Shown here: piece by piece, positions 12,234 through 30,451 of the stretch
Numbering within the stretch: position 1 is the first letter of the stretch
Layout of the letters: every line of letters starts with the position of its first letter
Assembly (NCBI GenBank): GCA_964016885.1
Contig: OZ024745.1
Coordinates: 94,240,001 to 94,304,000, forward strand
DNA from: Eledone cirrhosa
Lineage: Eukaryota
Direction of reading: 5' to 3'
DNA length: 64,000 bases
Notes under the pieces: model-generated
Database searches by the model: none
What the model saw: only the letters and a program-made list of their open reading frames with translations
Told to the model about the DNA's origin: nothing
Translations under genes and position numbers: made by a program

Positions 12234-14857
12234 CTGTAAAATGGAATAATTGTCCTTAGATAAACTTTTGTATAAAAAACCGTATGATTAATGACAATTA
12301 GTATAGCAGAATAGTTACAATATAACCACAATATAGACTGTGGTCACTAAAGTATTGAATTATTTCTTCTGTATCTGAAAGCTTTGTTCTAATGAATAAA
12401 TACCTGAAAATAACTAAGTGGATATTTATATTTTCATATATATAAATATATTTCTGTGCTGAGATTTATAACAATATTAATGGAAATGTGTATATGATAA
12501 AGAATTATGTTACAAACAGTTTTGTAACAAGATTATTCTTTGGTGTACTAATCGGCATTCCAGACTAGATGGTTTACAGTGGTTTATGTTTTGAGATCCA
12601 ATAATTTCCCACCCGTTTCTTGGAAATCATTAAATTAGATAGCGAACAAAAATTGAGATTGGGTTTAGCCAAAAAGAAAGCAGAAAAAAACATTTTACTC
12701 TATGTAAATTGTATATAACAAACTGTCTAGGACGAGCCAACGAGGGAAATTCGTGTGATCTGCGAGAAATAGTAGTTAATTATCTCTCATACCACATCAT
12801 AGTCTTTAACATCTTTTAAAATAGGTTGACCACGACTGGAATGTATTTGATCATAGGTTTGCTCGACCCTGATTAATGTAGGGGTTAAATAACAGCAGAC
12901 ACCGCGTTATTATCAATGCTAAAGACTTATTGAGTTAAAGTGCAACATCAACCACATCCGCCTTCCTTATTTTTTTCATTTTTATTTTCGATTGGCTCAT
13001 CCTTGAACAAATTCAGAAACATATCAGTTTTTCTATAGAAAGAGGTTGCTGGTACCTTAGGACATAACTGACAGCGCAACCTAACCTATTCTACAAAAGA
13101 GAGATGGAGAGAAGTGATCACAGTATTTGACTATAAATTTATTTAACAATTCCGCAGGGATAAAATGAAATGTTTCTCTTGGCATTTTATTTGGTGCTCT
13201 TACGATTCTGCCAATTCGCTACCAATAGTCCCACCCCCGAAAAAATAACATTACCCCCCCCCCCCCAAAAAAAAAACAACAACAACAAAAAACAAAAGAA
13301 AAATTAATAAATTTAGACATCGGCTTAAGTTAATATTATAATGTCGAGTGACAGTGAAGCTAAAGACTTAAGTTGATTATATTTAAACATGTTAGACTAC
13401 TGTTTAGGTAAAAAAGAAAAGAAAAGGAAATGAAACTGTATAAAATGATGGCGCCTCTATTGTCCTCAGGTAATCTTCACTTCATTAAATTGTTGCTGAC
13501 AATCCATTTATCAGGCTGCTTTCTAAACTTTATTTTTATAGTTACATAAGTAATATTGATTTTTTTTTTTTGTTAATTTTAAAAAGAATTTACTATATGA
13601 GACAATCGTACAACTAGAAGTATCTCAGTAGGCAACTTTCAGATAGAATTATAGCCACCCAAGTAGATTGTATATAGTTGGTTCATACTCACAACTCATT
13701 ACCTCACCAAAATTGTATTGTGTCCCTTTGATAAGACATTTGATCCACTCAAACTAACGAAGGAGAAACTACGTTGCTGTTTGATTTAACAGTAACCAAA
13801 CTTACGACTCTATCAGGAGTTACGGGATCATACCATACCAGTCATTTAAATTATCCCAAGAAAGCAGTATCAACTAGAGAAAACAGTGTGTGTTTGTGTT
13901 GTTTAAATTTCAACTCTGATCTAGTAGAACGATGATCAAAGACAATCAAACCCTGATAATCTCTTTTAGAGGGTATTGAGGACTACGTTATCTAATGGGT
14001 CCTTCTCTCTCTCTTAAGATTATAGCATGTGTTTAGAGTGATATATGATTACCATTTTTTGCAAGAGAAGTGGCTACATAAAGGCTGCCGCGCTGTCCCA
14101 AATTCTGTGCAAGATTTAATTCCTTTCATATTTTGCAGATGGTTTGCATAATTTTGAGTAAATTTGTTGTATTTGGTTTAATGTTTAATCATGGCTTTTG
14201 GGAAGGAGGTAAAAAGTATCCTTGAATTGGAGGCCTAGTCTAAATGCTTGCAACAAAGTGGACTTCGCTAAAGGCGTCTGAGGGTCAGATGGTAGCGTTA
14301 AAACGATCGACGGATAAAGTCTACCACCCAAGTAGGCTATTGTGTGATTTGAACTCAGAAATGCAAAGAGTCGGAAGAAATAGCTCAAGGCATCTCGTTC
14401 GACGCTCAAAGAATTCTACCAATCCACCAACCTGGACGGGTATTGTTATTTTATCGACTCCAAAAGAATGTAAAGTAAAGGGGATTTCTTCAAGATTTGA
14501 ACTGAGATCGCAGAAAGCAATAATAAATACCTCAAGTCAAGATATTTTGTCTTACGCTCTAATGACTGGCATTTCACCCTACATGAGTACAAAAATGTTG
14601 TTTTGTTCGGTAATATGTCTTTTATAGGTTTAAAGCTACAACGTTATTAAAACATGTCTGAAAACTGTAAAGTAGAAGTTTTGTACTTTGCAGAGCTGAC
14701 TGTAACGAAATTTAAAACACAGCTTATTGGCATTGTATTTAGATTACACAATTAATGCTTTGGGAAGAGACTTAGTAATTTATAAATGGGAATTGTATGC
14801 AGATGTGCAAGTTGTAATCCTAATGATGGTAATAGAAAGATTAAACAGCGACAATAA

Positions 14858-15062
14858 TTGCTGCTGCTGAAGATGATGGTGATGATGGTGATGGTGATGA
14901 TGATGATGATGGTGGTGGTTATAATGATGATGATGACGGTGGTGGTGACGATGATGATCATCATCATGGTGGTGGTGGTTGTGGTGGTGATGGTGGTGGT
15001 GGTTGTGGTGATGGTGGTGATGATAATGATGATGTCGGTGATGATGGTAATGATGATGATGG
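14858..15062. repeat. Mixed (GAT/GGT)n trinucleotide low-complexity tract
   Basis: Directly visible, and the source of the poly-His, poly-Thr and poly-Met ORFs. Confidence 0.9.
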
Positions 15063-15642
15063 TTGTATTCATATATTCTCCCATGTAAGAGAATTCGATC
15101 TCGGTGTTTCAATAAACAGTCAAATTGGCCGCCACCAGTTTTAAAATTTAAATGGACGCACTATTCTCTCTGTATTCTATTCTTTTTGCAACAATTTCTC
15201 ATGGTAGTTGAAAGAGGTCACTGTATTGTTCATGTCCCAGGGTCACAGACAAATTATTACCTCTTTAATCTCTAGAACTGAGAGGCCATCACCATATTTA
15301 ATGAACCATTGTGGTGTCTTCCTTACATAACGTACTTTATCTACCAGAAGAAGTTTATATTTTTCAGAAGACATCTATCTGCTAGTCAGATAATAAACAA
15401 ATAGATTGGAGCATATTGATAATTATCTTTTTGTATTTCATTGGCAATTTGATGCTAGCACCATAGAGTAAAGGTTGTCTTTAGGACGGTGGGAGTTCGG
15501 CTCTTTTGTATTCGGACCTGGTGTCCAACAAATTGTAAAAAGCTTTAGAAAACGCGTAGTTAAAATAACTACGTCTACTATAATCTTTGTATTGGTCGGT
15601 GATACAAGTTCAATTTTCGATTGAGCTGGTCAATTTAATTTG

Positions 15643-15997
15643 CATCATCATCATCATCATCATCGCTTTTCCATGCTTGCATGGGTTGGACGGGTCCTTC
15701 TCAGCACGGTATCTCCCCATACGTCGCAATCCTTTGTCATCGCCTCTTTGAGTCTCAGTGATTTGAAGTCAGCTCTCACAACATTTGCCCAGATCTTTCT
15801 TGGTCTACCTCTACTGCCGCTTCCTTCAACTGGTATTTCCTGGCATAGCACTTCTTTACCCATCGATCATTATTCATGGGCATCACATGTCCAAAACAAC
15901 ACAGTCTTCTCTCCTGCCCACCATCTCGGATTCCTCTTAAACCCAGCTTCTCCTTCAACTCTTCCAAGCTCTGCCTGTCTCTCACAATTACATGCGT
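15643..15997 (-). mobile_element. 3' end of an RTE-type LINE with a (TGA)n tail
   Basis: Minus-strand peptides (RRLCCFGHV; VEGSGSRGRPRKIW) are typical of the RTE C-terminus. The tail appears as (CAT)n on the plus strand. A related tail lies at about 39110-39330. Confidence 0.7.
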
Positions 15998-16863
15998 GAC
16001 AGAGGCAGAGCTAGTACTTGTAATTTTCAGTTACTAGTAACTTTCTGATCCTAGTCAATAGTTTTAGCAAATCACCAGAGTAATTTGCTTAAAAAGCACA
16101 TTGAATTTCATGTCTTATGTAATAACTGTTCAATTTTGGGTTAGGGTCTATTTTCATTTTCGTGTAATTTATCATTGACACTATTAGCAGAGTCAGCCTA
16201 TTGATCCAGTGAACTTGTTTGATACAATTAAACAAGTTGAACAAGACTCAGCAACACTGGAATCACGAGGCCTTGTTTATGGGATTCACGCAATCTTTCT
16301 ACTTGAAAATTGGCTTAATATATATTCTTATAGAGAAGAATGAGATGAACCGATGTCATTTGTTGTTTAATACAATGGAAACTTGTAGTAAACTCAAGTA
16401 CACTGTTGCATATGGTCAACAGTGAGGAAGAAAATAAAGTAGAAATAAAAACAAACAAACGGAAAACAAAAGAATACACTTAATCTCTTTTACTATTGAA
16501 TTTGAATTACGTTTGCTAATTTGGAATAGTAGTTGAGAGTGGTGTAGAAAAAGTTCCAAGAGGTCATTTAAGATGTTTCTTTATATCAAGCAATCCATCC
16601 TAATTATAAGACAAAATCTTCGATAAAAATATTTTGATGATAGTTTTCTTTGTTGCAAGTATGCAATTATATCGCACGTATATTATCATCTCCTACTTTT
16701 CTATTATAGATTTCTTCTAGTGAAGTAACTGAACAAGATATTTTGACAATATTTCATTTTAGTCTCCTGTTATTTCAAATGTATTTATCTTTCATGCATG
16801 TTTCATGTTTATACTTAACACTTCCATAAATATTGTAAAAATATGATCCACGAATGGAGATCT

Positions 16864-16935
<72 letters not shown>

Positions 16936-17613
16936 GGATTTAAATGGATACAGTTCAGTTAAAAGGAATTTATTGACACGTGTTTCAATAACAGTTACAT
17001 AACCTGAAAACAGCTGCTATCTACAAAGTATTAGTTATGCAGACATTCACTATTTCAATGTTATTATCAACTGATCAGAATAATTTTATTGAGAACCTGT
17101 TTGGTTTTTATAGAGAATATTAGGAGGGAGGGGTGAAGTTGTTAGAAGAATAGTTAAGGGAGTGGTTTTTTGATAGCAGTGAGAATTTTTGGTGGCAGTG
17201 AGTAATTAGATTCCCATCTGTTGTTTTGACATTTTTATAGAATATATTATTTGGCGTTGGTTATTTTTTCTAAATCTATAGAAGGATTAGAGATAGTATA
17301 GAAATGCATGGTTGGTTTTGTGTTTGCACTTAATTAACATTCAGACTTAAATTTTTCTTTCAAGTGTACGTATCCTTTCGCCCACGCATTCACACACAAA
17401 CATATATGCACACCTCTACAAAATACAAATACTCACATACACATACTTACATGCTCATACCTACATACATATATACATGCAAATATATATATACATATAT
17501 ATACATATATATATGTACATACATACGCATTCATGTGTATACATTTTCATACTCAACTTATCTTTATATACACACGTATAGACACACACATATATACATA
17601 CATACTCCTGTCG

Positions 17614-17655
<42 letters not shown>

Positions 17656-17953
17656 ACTTTAATACATGAATACACATACATCTAACTATACACATCAAAC
17701 ATATATATATATTTACTTATTTATATACATTTCCACATATATATACATACATATGGTCGCTTTTAGACACATTCATTATAGCATATTCGCACCTATTCTC
17801 ATCAGCATATGTATCCATTGTTAGTGTGGTAATTTAAGGTTATTAATATACATATATATGTTGAGAAGAGATTGTATTACAACACTACGGAAAATACTGT
17901 ATATTTACCTCCTGTAAAGTCGAGCAACCCACACAGCAAACGTAACCACAACA

Positions 17954-20265
17954 ATGGAAAAACACTACCTGGATATGTCACTCAAAAACATACCAACCCA
18001 AGGTAAAAAGGAATACCTATTGAGTATGATACAAAAACTAATGAATTCATTCAACGTGTCAGGTGGAGAACGCTCCACTATGATAGAAGCCGTATGAACT
18101 CACCATCAGAAAGTGGTGTAAACAACAAATTTGGTTTTAGAACGTGTAAAAACCCACTCACTAACCCACTATTGGATGCATTTGAGCAGGACCTTATGGA
18201 CTTAATCCTTAAAATCAAATTCAAAGGACGTAACACCAACAACAAATTGCAGAAAGATATTAAAAAACTACTGGACGACCTTAAAAACACCAAAGGAATT
18301 GTAGTAAAAGCGGACAAAACATCTAACCTGTATACTATGGACTGCACTACATACAACAACTTCATTCGAAAAGAATTACATAAAAAATATAGAAAAACGA
18401 ATGAAGTAACTCTTAAGCACATCAATGATGAGGCATGCGAAATAGTGAAAAATCTCGGAATCGAAGATAGGACAGGACCACTCTTACCGGCGGTACCCAT
18501 CTTAAGGACCATAAGGTAAACTTTGATAATGACCCTAAAATTAGATTAATCTGCCCCTCTAAATCAGATATAGGTAAAATAAGCAAATATATCTTAGATA
18601 GAATCATCCCCAAAATTAAGGCTAAGGTTAACATTAAACTCTGGGGGAAGACCCAAGAAGCAATAAGATGGTTTAATAGCATTAGCAATAAGAATAAATC
18701 TAAGTTTATCCAGTTTGATATCGACGAATATTACTCATCGATATCACCTGAAACTCTGAATAGAGCCATTAAGTTTGCTAAGGATAACTCTGACCTTACA
18801 AACGATGAAATTAAGATTATATTAGAAGCTAGGAAAACTATAGTCAAATTTGAGAACAGTTATTGGGTTCGTAAAGATAGACCCTCTAACTTTGACATAA
18901 CAATGGGCTCTAACGATTCGGCGGAAATAACTGATATTGTGGGGTTATTTATCGCCTTTAGACTCCAGGAAAAATTCAGTAATCTCCACGGTGGAATATA
19001 CCGCGACGATGTTCTCCTCCTAGTTAAAAACCTAAATAACCAAAAACTAGAAAAACTACGCAAAGATATAAGAAAACTACTACTCGAAATAGGACTAACT
19101 ATAACATATGAATACAACCTTAAAGTAGTTAACTTCCTGGATGTCACACTCAATTTAAACTCTGGTCTGATTAAACCGTTTCATAAATTGAATGAAAATC
19201 TCAAGTACGTAAATGTTGGGTCTAACTACCCCATCGCTATAATTAAATCTATCCCTAAAAATATTTCCCTTAGAATCTCGGGTCTATCTTCTAACATACA
19301 AGTATTTAAGGAACACGCCGAGTACTACGATAACGCCCTTAGTAAAGCAGGCTACCTCAACAAAATAGAGTATATAGATGAGAACAATCAAAACACCCAA
19401 AACAAATCCCACATAGGTAGATATAATAACACAACACCAAACCACACTTACTACCATAGTATACACACCAGTAAACCAACAAACAAAACTAATAAAAAGC
19501 GATGCAAAGAGTACTTATGGTATAACCCTGAATACAATAGTTCCATTAGTACAAATTTACCAGTACTCTTCTTTAAAATAATTAAGAGACATTTTCCTAC
19601 ATCACACAAATACCACAAAATCCTAAACCCTACCACTATAAGACTGTCATACTCTACAGCGTTAAACCTTGAACAACACATAAAAAAGATCAATACTAGA
19701 AGGTTAAACGAAAACACTAAAAACTTAAGTACAAAGAACACAAAAAAACAGTAGACAATACACTACAGAACATAAATAAACCACACCTAAGTTCGTCCGC
19801 AATACTACTTCAGAATAAACCCAACGTACACGACTGTAACTGCACCTATCCTGAGAACTGCCCCTCGGCAATAACTGCCTGGAAAAAAATATCATTTATA
19901 AGTGTACCATTAAATCCAGAGGCAACGAGTGGTATTACGTGGGATCAACGGCAACATCGTTTAAATCTCGATTATATAGGCATTCTTACTCAATAAAACA
20001 CAAGAGCCAAAGAAATGTAACAACTTTAGCAGAAAAAGCTTGGACGCTCAGGGATAGCGATCAAAAGTTTACCCTAAAATGGGAGAAATTAGCTAAAACC
20101 CAAAGCTTTTCCAGGAGCCAAAATTTCTGCAAATTGTGTAATCTTGAGATTTATTACATAATCACGCACAAGAAGAAATTGCTTAATAACAGAATTGAAC
20201 GAACATTATTCTGCCGTCACCGAACTAAAACCCTTTTTTCCCACTACAAGCTGAATATTACATAA
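17954..20265 (+). pseudogene. Frameshifted PLE RT + GIY-YIG endonuclease ORF
   Basis: Pieces read MSLKNIP..., VVKADKTSNLY, RLICPSKSDIG, QFDIDEYYSSI, TMGS.DSAE, GIYRDD, VNFLDVTLNL, WYNP, CNC..P..CP, IIYKC..YYVG, CKLC and CRH. Confidence 0.88.
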
Positions 20266-20535
20266 AAGAGGGACATCCCCCCCAACTATATAAACCTCAA
20301 TCCAGTTAGAAAAATATAAAAACAATCTCTTCTCAACATATATATGTATATTAATAACCTTAAATTACCACACGAACAATGGATAGATATGCTGATGAGA
20401 ATAGGTACGAATATGCTATAATGAATGTGTCTAAAAGCGACCATATGTATGTATATATATGTGAAAATAAATAAGTAAATATATATATATGTTTGATGTG
20501 TATAGTTAGATGTATGTGTATTCATGTATTAAAGT

Positions 20536-20592
<57 letters not shown>

Positions 20593-21119
20593 GACAGGAG
20601 TATGTATGTATATATGTGTGTCTATACGTGTGTATATAAAGATAAGTTGAGTATGAAAATGTATACACATGAATGCGTATGTATGTACATATATATATGT
20701 ATATATATGTATATATATATGTGCATGTATATATGTATGTAGGTATGAGCATGTAAGTATGTGTATGTGAGTATATGTATTTTGTAGAGGTGTGCATATA
20801 TGTTTGTGTGTGAATGCGTGGGCGAAAGGATACGTACACTTGAAAGAAAAATTTAAGTCTGAATGTTAATTATGTGCAAACACAAAACCAACCATGCATA
20901 TCTATACTATCTCTAATCCTTCTATAGATTTAGAAAAAATAACCAACGCCAAATAATATATTCTATAAAAATGTCAAAACAACAGATGGGAATCTAATTA
21001 CTCACTGCCACCAAAAATTCTCACTGCTATCAAAAAACCACTCCCTTAACTATTCTTCTAACAACTTCACCCCTCCCTCCTAATATTCTCTATAAAAACC
21101 AAACAGGTTCTCAATAAAA

Positions 21120-21242
21120 TTATTCTGATGAAATGACGGTTGATAATAACATTGAAATATTGAATGTCTGCATAACTAATACTTTGTAGATAGCAGCTGT
21201 TTTCAGGTTATGTAACTGTTATTGAAACACGTGTCATAAATT
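21120..21242 (+). ncRNA. Type I hammerhead ribozyme with a 92-nt stem-II domain (PLE pseudo-LTR)
   Basis: CTGATGA (21125-31), 10-bp stem II AATGACGGTT/AACTGTTATT, GAAA (21224-27), palindromic CACGTG, then a GUC site. Confidence 0.75.
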
Positions 21243-21384
21243 CCTTTAAACTGAACTGTATCCATTTAAATCCTTCTATTTTCTCGGATTACTTTTGAAA
21301 CTACAACTGGAACCGTCGAGCAAACTCTACGTGAGCTGTCCATCTACTGTGTGTAATATTCATATTACAACACTACGGAAAATA

Positions 21385-21479
<95 letters not shown>

Positions 21480-21614
21480 AGTAAAGACAGAGAGAGAAAG
21501 AGGGAGAAAGGAAGATCTCGATAGACTGGTAAATAGAGAGACAGAGGGGGATTCAATAGAGATAGATAGCTAGAGAGAGTGAGAGAGAGAGAGAGAGAAA
21601 AAGAGAGAGAAATG

Positions 21615-21646
<32 letters not shown>

Positions 21647-21985
21647 GAGAGAGGGAGATGAATATTGGTAAATATGTGGGGAAGATAAGGTTTTATTTTA
21701 TTTTGAAAATATCTGTAATATATTAATTTTTTTTATATAGTTGAAAAGTATCTGATATGAGTTATCCTCTAAATATTTATTTTATCGGCATTATCACATA
21801 TATATTGGTTTTAGTGATATTTTTTTTATAAATTAATGAATTTGTGATGGCGAAATAAATATTGATTACTTTCAGTAAATCATAAAGGTAATTTGTTAGG
21901 TGGGCAGGATTTGAGCATGATGTAAAGCAGCAAAATCACACCCATTAGGAGTTAAACCTTGAATTTTAAAATACGACAAAAAATA

Positions 21986-22131
21986 ATTGTTTCTACTTTA
22001 GGCACAAGGCCAGCAATTACCCAGTGCATTACTGGTACTTTATTTTATCGACCCCGTAAGGATGAAAGGCAAAGTAAACCTCGGCGGGATTTGAACTCAG
22101 ACCGTAAAGGGTCGTAACTATGCTGGAAAGC
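21986..22131 (-). mobile_element. 5'-truncated main-family SINE with target-site duplication
   Basis: Flanked by the direct repeat ATACGACAAAAAATAAT at 21971 and 22132. Confidence 0.88.
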
Positions 22132-22289
22132 ATACGACAAAAAATAATATAAGTAATTTATTAAAGAAATATTTTTATAACTTATTTAGTGGATGAGGAG
22201 TAATGCTCATTACTATTTATGACTGGTGAGTGAATGAAATGATCGACGGATCACGGACTTGACTTGAATGAAGTTATCCACAGATTAAA

Positions 22290-22449
22290 GACTTGACTCA
22301 AATGCTAGCATAAGGGTTTACTTTGCTAAACACATCCACAAACTTGACTCAACTACTAACACAAGGGAATACTTTGCTAAACACATCCACAAACTTGACT
22401 CAACTACTAACACAAGGGAATACTTTGCTAAACACATCCACAAACTTGA
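22290..22449. repeat. 51-bp minisatellite, about 3 units
   Basis: CTTTGCTAAACACATCCACAAACTTGA starts at 22321, 22372 and 22423. Confidence 0.9.
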
Positions 22450-22800
22450 TGGTGTTAAACCAAGTGACGAATTATCCTAATACCCAAGAAGATGAACGGT
22501 CTCTATAATGAGCCCTCACATTACTACCTCCTACCAACCTTCATTTACAATAACACCGTGGACCCGAGGCTATAGTAGATATCACTCACCCAAGATGCTT
22601 CAGAGTGGGGTCGAAATGAAATCAGTGTATTTGTGAGGCGAATGTCTTAACGAAATTTAGATGCACCGAGCCTTAGCTTGATTTTAGATCACGCACAGAA
22701 AGTAGAGCATTTAAATGTTAGAAACAGCAGCTAAATCTTCTTAAAAACACCAACCATATGCAAAAAATGAAGTACATCTTAATATATAAAAATGAACCCA

Positions 22801-23360
22801 TGTATGTATGTATGTCAGGTTGCTCTTCAGCGTTACTGGTAACATGTAACCCAGTACAACCTGTGCATGGTCGGGTTGTCGGCGACTAAACCGGTAACCC
22901 CACCAAGTTTGTTTGGTGAGGAGGGTGATTTTGGACACCCCGTGAGATGAAAAGCAAAACTCATCAAAGGGCGGAGAAACTCAGCAGAGTCAGCGCCCAT
23001 CCAATAAATCTTTTTTTTTTGTGGAGTGAGAGACTCCTATTCTTCATTAAGACAACTCTCCAGGAGAAGGTCACTCTGATATAAAACCTACGATTTTGTT
23101 TGCATCCAATAATATAGACCAGTTCTTCTTTTTGAGCAAATGCATTCAATGTTCAGAGAATGGGATTGGCCTTGTACAAAGGTTTTCCGCACTTAAAAAA
23201 GCTTCAAGCACAGGCATCGCTTGATATGACATTTTTTTGCGATGCATTGTATTGCTGGCCATATGCAAGTCCCTAGCAGGACTGAAAAGCCACGTCTGTG
23301 ATACTCATACATAAGTACCAAGCGATGAGATTACCCGAAATAGAGTTGAAGCTATCATCA
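22801..23360 (+). mobile_element. Internally deleted RTE-like element (probable 5' UTR joined to the 3' end)
   Basis: 23265-23310 resembles the terminal zinc-finger coding end of the RTE at 37375-37420. (TATG)n lies at both ends. Confidence 0.55.
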
Positions 23361-23373
23361 TGTATGTATGTTT

Positions 23374-30425
<7,052 letters not shown>

Positions 30426-30451
30426 TATGTATGTATGTATGTATGTATGTA

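Larger units (their letters stand above)
16930..21391 (+). mobile_element. Penelope-like element (C-terminal GIY-YIG type, best fit Hydra clade) with an inverted 5' pseudo-LTR, inserted in (TA)n
   Basis: About 16930-17873 is the reverse complement of about 20320-21279. TATTACAACACTACGGAAAATACTGTATA is directly repeated at 17875 and 21363. (TA)n flanks both ends. Clade assignment is from remembered motifs. Confidence 0.9.

Noticed and set aside
14752-15112. Poly-His, poly-Thr and poly-Met ORFs
   Set aside because: Trinucleotide low-complexity tract; no splice or domain support.
17954-20265. Selenocysteine-recoding Naiad-type PLE
   Set aside because: The endonuclease is C-terminal, and the interruptions seen are frameshifts rather than in-frame TGA at cysteine positions.
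22323-22508. 17-aa repeat protein ORF
   Set aside because: Product of a 51-bp minisatellite with a non-ATG start; no exon evidence.
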